NCBI GenBank assembly: GCA_965208105.1
Contig: OZ242318.1
Coordinates: 3,328,001-3,392,000 of the forward strand
Length of the DNA: 64,000 bases
Origin: Candidatus Latescibacterota bacterium
GTDB lineage: Bacteria; Latescibacterota; UBA2968; UBA8231
Direction: 5' to 3'
Under the pieces are notes generated by a model, which saw only the letters and a program-made list of their open reading frames with translations, ran no database searches and was not told the origin of the DNA. Numbering within the stretch: position 1 is the first letter of the stretch; each line of letters begins with the position of its first letter. Both the position numbers and the translations under genes were made by a program. Below are positions 56,880-64,000 of this stretch, in pieces.

Positions 56880-59450
56880 TCAGAACGAAACAGTCACCGT
56901 CATCGAGACCGTCCGCGGAGCTCCGAGCCAGGCCGCGTTCTCCGTGATGGCGGACAGATAGGCCTTGTCGAGCAGGTTGTTGGCCACGACCGAGAACTCC
57001 GTCGAACTGAGCCCCGGTCCCAGGGCCTCCCCTGACAGACTGACATAGGCGTCCGCCAGCCAATAGGCCTCGGTTTTCCAGTCGGCGGTCAGGCTGACGC
57101 GGCGCGGGGATGTGTACTTGGCCGTCAGTCCGGTGCGCAGAGGCCCGGTCCGATCGAGCGACACCACCCACAGCTTGTCCGCTACTCCGGTGACGTCAGC
57201 TCCCGGAACGATGTTCTGGTTGGTATCGACGAGGGGGTCGCCGCTCCCGATGTACTCCGAGTCGTTGATGGTAGCGGCCGTGTAGAAGGACATCTGCCGT
57301 GGCAGCCGCACCGTTGCCGAGAACTCCAGGCCGTTCGTCCGGAGGCCGCCGGCGTTGAAGTAGGCGCCTCCGCCCGGAATGAGGTAGTTGGGACCGGCCG
57401 TGGTTTGCGGGCCGAGGTAGAAGATCCTGTTCTGAAAATCGATGGCGTAGCCAGTGGCACTCAGGGCAAGCAGATCCCCGGTATACTGCAGCCCGACATC
57501 GATGTTGGAAGCGGTTTCCGGCTCGAGGTCCTCGATGCTTCGTCCGGGCACCTCGAGGAGCGTGCTGCTGATCGCCTTGAAGTTCTCGACATATCCGCCG
57601 AAGAGGCGCAGACCCTCAACCGGGGTCTCGTAGGTGAGGCCTCCGGAGAAGAGCAGCTTCGAATCCGAGTCGGCCTCTAGGTCGGGATCGATGTCGAACA
57701 AGTCCTCGCGCGACACCCTGACCAGGAACTGCTTGACGCCGCCGCTCAGGGAGAAAGCTCCGGCGTAGACCGTCTCCTCGACGTACCACTTCAGCACGCG
57801 CTGCGGGAAATCCCACTCGTACTGGTGCCAGTAGGCCTGCTCCTTCCATTTGAAGCTCAGCTCCGGATCCAGCATCTGGTGCCAGTCCCGGCCGAGATCG
57901 CGGCGCGAGCCTTCGTACCAGATGCCGGCGCGCAGCGAGCTGGCCGCCCCGCCGACGGTGGAAAGCCACTCCTCGTCGAGGGTCAGGCCGACGCGGTCCT
58001 TGCCGTAATGGCTGTGGCGGTAGGACTGCACCGCGGTGGCATCCGGGTGGCACGCCGGGTCGACTTCGGGTCCGCCCGCTCCGTAGTAGTTGAAGATGTA
58101 GGAGGACGTGCAGTCAGTCCTCGGTCCGACTGCGGCGCCGTCCCGGTCCACGAAGCGGATCAGGCCGAGCTGGGTTCCGCCTTGCACCGGTGTCCCGTCC
58201 ATCAGCTCCGATTCCGGGCCGCCGCCGTCGTCGGCGATGTCCACGATGTAGGGGGGCAGCCAGTCGCCGCGGCCGCGGTTGCGATGGAAATATACACCGC
58301 CGCTCAGGGAGATGGCCGCACTCAAGGGCCAGTCCGCCTTGAGGTAGGCAAAGGTGTTGTTGCGCCGGGTCTGCCAGCCGGGCCGGTAGAACTGGTTCAG
58401 GTAGGGGACGCCGGGCCAGTCGCCGACCAGGCGGTCCCAGCGCGGGTTGGCCAGGAAGTCGGCCTCGCTGTAGAGCCGCTGGTAGGTGTCCTCGTGGATG
58501 CTGTCGTAGGAGATGTGGCCGGTGAGATCGAGGCCCCCGTGCGTGGAGACAAGCTTGGCGGCCACGTGCTCCCGTTCGTTGCGCGCCGAACCCTGGACCC
58601 AGTCGGTCGCCTCCTGGCGGACCGCGGCGACCCAGGCGCGGGTCTCACCGCCGAACAGCGGCCCCGTGTCGACGCGCATGTAGAACCGCTTGCCGTCGTT
58701 CTCGCCGATGGTGGTCGACGCGGTGTAGCTGCGCTCCGCCGCCGGATCGTCGGTCAGGTAGTCGAAGGTGCCGCCCAGCGCCTCCACCGAACGGGAGGCG
58801 ATGTCGGCGGTCCCCTGGGAAACCTCGACGCCCCCCAGATTCATCGGGTCGATGAAACGATTCGCCTTGGCGCCGCTGAAGTAGTCGGAGGTGCCGTTCG
58901 GGAACCCGTCGATGGTGGTGCCGATCTGCGCCTCGCTGATGGTTACCTGGAAGCCGCGCACGGCGACGTTGCTCGACCAGTCGTCGAAGCCGTAGGCATC
59001 GCCTTCCTGGATGGATACCCCGGGCAGGTTGTCGACCACCGAGGTCACGCTGGTGATGTTCGACTGCTGCTGCAGCATGGGCTCGGCGACGACGTTGCTG
59101 GCGAAGATCCGGGGCTCCTCGCCAACGACGCTGATTCCCTCGAGTCCGACGGCGCTCGGTTCCAGACGGGCGTCGAGAGTGGTCACGCCCGGATTCACCT
59201 TCAGTCGCATCGCCCGGTATCCCACGAAGGAAAAAACCAGAATGTCCTCAGGCGACCGGATGTCAATCGCGTAGGCCCCGACCTGGTCCGTCACCGTCCC
59301 GATGAAGGTGCCCTCGATGACTACGGTTGCGCCCGGCAAGGCCTCGCCGGTTTCGTCCGAGACAACGGTGCCGGAAACCGCACCCTGCCCCTGGGCCTCC
59401 TGGGCCATTTGTACGAAGAAGACGGCGGCGATGGTGAGTGCGAATTTCAT
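56880..59450 (-). CDS. TonB-dependent receptor with N-terminal carboxypeptidase-regulatory-like domain
   Basis: Signal peptide, GEALPGATV...FSFVGY, plug LPGVSI, NNLLDKAY, terminal Phe; RBS AGGAGG. Confidence 0.92.
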   Translation of the reverse strand: MKFALTIAAVFFVQMAQEAQGQGAVSGTVVSDETGEALPGATVVIEGTFIGTVTDQVGAYAIDIRSPEDILVFSFVGYRAMRLKVNPGVTTLDARLEPSAVGLEGISVVGEEPRIFASNVVAEPMLQQQSNITSVTSVVDNLPGVSIQEGDAYGFDDWSSNVAVRGFQVTISEAQIGTTIDGFPNGTSDYFSGAKANRFIDPMNLGGVEVSQGTADIASRSVEALGGTFDYLTDDPAAERSYTASTTIGENDGKRFYMRVDTGPLFGGETRAWVAAVRQEATDWVQGSARNEREHVAAKLVSTHGGLDLTGHISYDSIHEDTYQRLYSEADFLANPRWDRLVGDWPGVPYLNQFYRPGWQTRRNNTFAYLKADWPLSAAISLSGGVYFHRNRGRGDWLPPYIVDIADDGGGPESELMDGTPVQGGTQLGLIRFVDRDGAAVGPRTDCTSSYIFNYYGAGGPEVDPACHPDATAVQSYRHSHYGKDRVGLTLDEEWLSTVGGAASSLRAGIWYEGSRRDLGRDWHQMLDPELSFKWKEQAYWHQYEWDFPQRVLKWYVEETVYAGAFSLSGGVKQFLVRVSREDLFDIDPDLEADSDSKLLFSGGLTYETPVEGLRLFGGYVENFKAISSTLLEVPGRSIEDLEPETASNIDVGLQYTGDLLALSATGYAIDFQNRIFYLGPQTTAGPNYLIPGGGAYFNAGGLRTNGLEFSATVRLPRQMSFYTAATINDSEYIGSGDPLVDTNQNIVPGADVTGVADKLWVVSLDRTGPLRTGLTAKYTSPRRVSLTADWKTEAYWLADAYVSLSGEALGPGLSSTEFSVVANNLLDKAYLSAITENAAWLGAPRTVSMTVTVSF

Positions 59451-59720
59451 GAGACCTCCTGCCGTTTGTGGAAAGTGCGAATAAAATAGAAGATAGCGCT
59501 CTGTGGAGCGAGAGCGGGTTTCCATTCTATTGACCCAGGAGGAACTCGAAATGGCCCTGGTAACCATGGAAGCCGGGACTCGGCGCAACCCGCGGCACCG
59601 GGCGGGCGCCAGCGTACCCTGATCGCCCTGATGGGCCGCTCCTCCCACCTCAACCCCGTGCTGCTCCAGGCCCTGATCCAGGTGCGACTGGGGCCGGCGG
59701 CCCGGAGCCTCCTCCCGGCG

Positions 59721-60863
59721 CTACTCCACCCCTAGCAACCGCGCCGCGGTGCCTCCCATTATCTGCGCCAGCTCCCCGGCGTCGAGTCCGGACCATTGCG
59801 CGAAGGGGACCTCGACCCACCTGCGCGACTGGCGGTAGGTGCAGAAGCGGTTCTGGAACGGCATGTCGGTGCCCCAGAGAAGGTGATCGGCGCCGATATG
59901 TTCCACCATCGCGGCCAGGGTCGGCCACACTTCGCGGTAGGGATAGTCGAAGATGTCCCCCAGGCGCACGGGGAAGCACACCTCGACGTGGCAGTTCCCT
60001 CCGGTGAACGGCTCCCATATCTCCTCCGGCAAGGCGATGGCTTTCTTCTCGTCGTCGAGGAAGGTGCGCCAGGGGAAGCCGTGGGTCAGGCTGCACACCG
60101 CCTCGGGATAGCGCTCCATCCAGCGCATGAGGATGCGGTGCTCGCCGAGATAGCCGCGCTGCTCCTCGCGGCTGGAACGCCGGCCGCCCTCGAGGTCGCC
60201 GGGGCCGGCGCCCAGGGTGAAGAAGACGGGCACCCCGAGGCCGGTCACGGCCTCCCAGAACGGGCGGTAGGGACCGTCGTCCCAAGCCTGGTCGCCGGCA
60301 AGGTAGCACAGTGGAGGAATGAACTTGACCGCGTGGAGCCCGTCCTTCTCGACCGCGCCGACGGTTTCGGCGATCACGGTGTCGGTCTCGGCGATGATGC
60401 GCCACTCGTCCACCGGGGCCATGGAGAAGATGCGCCCGGGAAACCTCCTCACGATCTCCCCCAGGTACGAACTGTCGCGCACCAGCGCCGGATCGGTGTG
60501 GAGCAGGACCGCGTCCACCCCGGCGTGGTGCATCTCACAGTCGAGCCCGAAGGGGGTGAACTCCGCACCGCGCAGATTCGGCGGCAGGAAGTACTTGGTG
60601 TACTCCCGGCCCTCCCAGGTCCACAGCGCCCGGCCCCTCGCCTTGTCCACGCGGAAACCCAGGTCTGGAAGGCGGTCGAGGTCGCGGGTTCCCCCGGGGT
60701 CGAGAACATCGGAAGGTCCCACCCTTCCGTCGGCAATGCGCAGGGCGGGCTGGTGGTGGGTGGCGTGGGCGACCTGGACCCAGCGCATGTGCTCCTCGCT
60801 GGAGGCGTAGCCCCGGGGACCGTCGAGGGGCTCGAAGCAGTAGGCATGAGAGTCGAGGATCAC
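59721..60863 (-). CDS. Amidohydrolase_2 family protein
   Basis: LDSHAY, AVKF, THGFP, WGTDMP. Confidence 0.85.
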   Translation of the reverse strand: MILDSHAYCFEPLDGPRGYASSEEHMRWVQVAHATHHQPALRIADGRVGPSDVLDPGGTRDLDRLPDLGFRVDKARGRALWTWEGREYTKYFLPPNLRGAEFTPFGLDCEMHHAGVDAVLLHTDPALVRDSSYLGEIVRRFPGRIFSMAPVDEWRIIAETDTVIAETVGAVEKDGLHAVKFIPPLCYLAGDQAWDDGPYRPFWEAVTGLGVPVFFTLGAGPGDLEGGRRSSREEQRGYLGEHRILMRWMERYPEAVCSLTHGFPWRTFLDDEKKAIALPEEIWEPFTGGNCHVEVCFPVRLGDIFDYPYREVWPTLAAMVEHIGADHLLWGTDMPFQNRFCTYRQSRRWVEVPFAQWSGLDAGELAQIMGGTAARLLGVE

Positions 60864-61309
60864 GGCTGTTCGGCCACGTCGTCCTTGAAGACACCGCAGT
60901 GCAGCATGGCCCCGCCGAAGTAGGGATTCATCACGGTCCCCTTCTTCTGGATCCAGTGGGCCCCCTGGGCTTCGTTGGCCATCGGGCAGAATGCAAGGCC
61001 GTAGCCCTGGGGAATCTCTCCTTTGGCCATTTGATCCGAAATGGCGATGAAGGCGCTGCGGAGGGCTTCAATTTCATCGGCGGCGGCGGCCTGGGAAGCC
61101 AGCATCGCAATCTCCTCGGAGCCGTGCTCCTGAAGATCCGCCAGGGCCATGCGGGCTTCGTCCAGATGGTCTCCGGCCAGGGCCTCCTGGACGGCGATAT
61201 AGGCGGTGAAATCGGCGCTTTGAACGGGAGGTACTGTCTGCGCACTTTCTCCGCATCCGATCCAGACAAAGCTCAAACTGCACGCGGCGGCTATGAGATA
61301 CTTTTTCAT
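60860..61309 (-). CDS. DUF3347-like metal-binding lipoprotein
   Basis: Lipobox WIGC; FCPMA...WIQ...NPYFGGAMLHCG; RBS AAGGAGG. Confidence 0.85.
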   Translation of the reverse strand: MKKYLIAAACSLSFVWIGCGESAQTVPPVQSADFTAYIAVQEALAGDHLDEARMALADLQEHGSEEIAMLASQAAAADEIEALRSAFIAISDQMAKGEIPQGYGLAFCPMANEAQGAHWIQKKGTVMNPYFGGAMLHCGVFKDDVAEQP

Positions 61310-61413
61310 CTTGTTCTCCTCCTTGGTTGGTTTGCCGTCAGCAGAGGCGCGACGGCGAAGGCTGTCACTTCCGTTTACCAGGTCTCCTGTTCCATCTGGC
61401 CCCGGTCGTTTTT

Positions 61414-64000
61414 TCAAGCACGGCGCCAGGCTTCCCGCCAGCGCAGCTTCTGCTCCTCGACGGCGCAGTAGAGCACCGGAACCATCTGCATGGTGAACAC
61501 GGTTAGGACCATGCCGCCGAAGGTGGGGATGGCCATGGGCACCATGATATCGGCTCCTCTCCCGGAGGCGGTGAGCACCGGCAGCAGCGCCAGGATTGTG
61601 GTGGCCACGGTCATCAGGCAGGGCCGCACCCGGTGCACCCCCGCCTCCAGGGCAGCGCGGCGGATGGCCTCCCGGGTGGACGGCTGCTGCCGGGAGAAGA
61701 TCTGGCGCAGGTAGGTGGCGGTGATGACGCCGTTGTCCGAGGCAATTCCGAAAAGTGCGAGAAAACCCACCCACACGGCCACGCTCAGATTTATCGGCTC
61801 GACCTGGAACAGGGCGCGCATGGAGGTGCCGAACACCGAAAAGTCCAGAAACCAATCCTGGCCATAGAGCCAGATCATGATGAAGCCTCCGGACCAGGCC
61901 ACCAGGATGCCCGAGAAGACCAGCATGGTGGCCGGGACGTTTTTGAACTGAAAGTAGAGGATCAAGAAAATAGTAAGCAGGGCGAGCGGCAATACCACCC
62001 GCAGGCGCTCCTGGGCCCGCACTGGTTTTCGTAGCTGCCGGCGAAGACGTAGCTGACTCCGGCCGGCAGGTCCAGTTCGCCGCCCGAGATTCTGGCCTCC
62101 AGCTCGGCCCGGCATGCTTCCACCACGTCCACCTCGGCGTAGCCCTCCTTCTTGTCGAACAGCACATAGCCCACCAGGAAGGTGTCCTCGCTCTTGATGA
62201 CCTGCGGACCCCGAACATAGCGGATCTGCGCCAGCTGCCCCAGGGGGATCTGGGCTCCGTCGGGGGTGGCCACCAGTATGCGGCCCAGCGACTCCATGGT
62301 GTCGCGCAGCTCGCGCATGTAGCGCACCCGGACCGGATAGCGCTCCCGGCCTTCCACCGTGGTCGTGATGCGCTGGCCGCCGATGGCCACCTCGACGACC
62401 TGCTGCACCCGCTGCAGGGGAATGCCGTAGCGGGCAATGGCCTCGCGGTCGACGGCGATCTCCAGGTAGGGCTTGCCGACTATGCGGTCGGCGTTGACCG
62501 ACGAGGGTTCCACCGAGGGGACCTGCTTGACCAGCTGCTCGATCCGCAGGCCCACTTCTTCAATGGTCTCCAGGTCGGGACCCCTGATTTTGATGCCCAT
62601 GGGGGCCCTCATGCCGCTTTGCAGCATCACGAGCCGGGCTGCGATGGGCTGCAGCCTGGGTGCCGAGGTGGTGCCCGGAAGCTCCGCCGCAGTGACGATC
62701 TGCTGCCAGATGTCGTCCGGGTCGCGGATGCCCGCCCATGGCCGCCTGTCCTCGTTCAACGCCGGGTCCAGGGGCGGGCGCCAGAGGCGGAACGGCCGTC
62801 CCTCGGAGTCGGGGATCAGGCGGCCCTCGCTGTCCCGGGCAAAGCGGCCCCGTACCCGGTAGGGTCGTCCGTCCGCCGCCGGAAGGGGTGTTCCGTCTTC
62901 CGCCCGGAACCAGTCGGGGGTATCCGGCTCGAAGCGAAAGGTCGCCGGCCGGCCGCGCGCGTCGGGCAGGTACTCGGGCCGGTAGTTGATCACGGTTTCG
63001 AACATTGAGATGGGCGCGGGGTCCAGGGCGGTTTCGGCGCGTCCCAGCTTCCCCACCACCGTTTCCACCTCGGGCAGCCCGCTGATGGCCTTGTCCTGCT
63101 TCTGCAGCACGTCGAGGGCCTCCCCAATGGAGGCGTGCGGCATGGTGGTGGGCATGAATAGAAAGGAACCCTCGTCCAGGGGCGGCATGAACTCCTTGCC
63201 CAGGCCGGGGAACTGATGGGCCATGAAGGACAGCGGCCGCGAGGAGACGGGCAGCCACCCGAACAGGCGGTCGAACCCGAGCCAGACCGAGGCGCCCCAG
63301 ATCAGCGCCAGGAGCGGAAACGACACGGCCGCCGCCTTGTGGTCCAGGCACCAGCGCAGGATTGCAGGGTAGGCCCGCTGAAACAGGGCAAAGGCACCCA
63401 GGAGGCCGCCCAGCAGCAAAACCACGAAGAGGAAATTGCGCGGGGTGCCCTGCTCCTGCCCGAGGGGCAGCCAGCGGCCTGCGAGGAACCCGGCCACCAG
63501 CAAGGCGGTCAGACCGATACCCAGGTGCGGCATCCAGCGGCGAACAGCCTCCGGGATCCATGGCGCGGTCAGATGATAAATGCCGGTGCCGGTCAGGAGA
63601 ATGGCCGCCCACCACGGCAGGACTGCAAGGGACGACAACCCCGCAAGGGTCAGTCCCGCGTAGAGTAAACGCCGTACCATGAGGCGTCGCAGGCCGGGGG
63701 CGAAGAGGAGATGGGCGAGGGCGGGCAGAGCGGTCAGGGCCAGGAGAATGGCCGCGACCAGGGCGAAGGTCTTGGTGTATGCAAGGGGTTTGAAGAGCTT
63801 GCCCTCGGCGCCTTCCATGGCGAAGACCGGTAAAAAGCTCACTACGGTGGTGGCCACCGCGGTCAATACGGCTCCTCCCACTTCGGATGCGGCGCGCAGC
63901 ACGACCTCCAGCGCGTCCTCGTCCTCACTCCTTCTTTCGAGATGGCGTAGAATGTTTTCGGAAAGGACCACACCCATATCCACCATGGTGCCGATGGCGA
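61414..64000 (-). pseudogene. cusA: CusA/SilA heavy-metal RND permease, 5'-truncated by the window edge, with a 1-nt frameshift
   Basis: GTMVDMG, GAEGKLFKPLAYTKT, EFMPPLDEG, KLGRAETALDPAP, RVRPCLMT; YENQ/VRAQ junction lacks one base near 62022. Confidence 0.85.

Noticed and set aside
59451-59720. Possible riboswitch upstream of the TonB-dependent receptor
   Set aside because: No cobalamin or TPP consensus elements recognisable
1-64000. tRNA, rRNA, CRISPR array, integrase or prophage genes
   Set aside because: None recognisable by eye

Overview
GC-rich genome segment from a diderm bacterium (TonB receptor, Tsx-like porin, RND pumps). Abundant Gfo/Idh/MocA, amidohydrolase, PhyH, ankyrin and collagen-lipoprotein genes are reminiscent of Latescibacterota/Poribacteria-like or other host-associated lineages (inference only). 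Layout: (1) membrane protein-GMC oxidoreductase-Gfo/Idh/MocA-ettA operon. (2) A potA-potD-potB-potC polyamine ABC operon split by visibly lower-GC cargo: cassette-like genes separated by degenerate attC-like sites (Stf0 sulfotransferase, ADP-ribosyltransferase-like protein, methyltransferase, HicB/DinB protein, GNAT), decayed TA modules, an XhoI/PaeR7I-family RM pair, a T5orf172+HigBA islet bounded by a 211-bp duplication of the potD 3' end, and a PLD-nuclease/SF3-like ATPase fusion. (3) The best candidate for an undescribed system is a ~12-kb partner-switching locus with no sigma factor: SulP-STAS, GPP34/GOLPH3, two RsbV, REC-PP2C, two RsbW, an orphan periplasmic binding protein and a TorS-like kinase. 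It surrounds a Tsx-like channel and an NCS2 nucleobase permease fused to a degenerate RsbW-like pseudokinase domain with an altered substrate site. (4) amtB, rhlE, yceI, lipoproteins, an IS630 element inserted in a TAG stop codon, an RND pump, catabolic genes, an ankyrin protein, a TonB receptor and a frameshifted cusA. No rRNA, tRNA or CRISPR array was seen. All family calls come from motif recognition by eye, not database searches.
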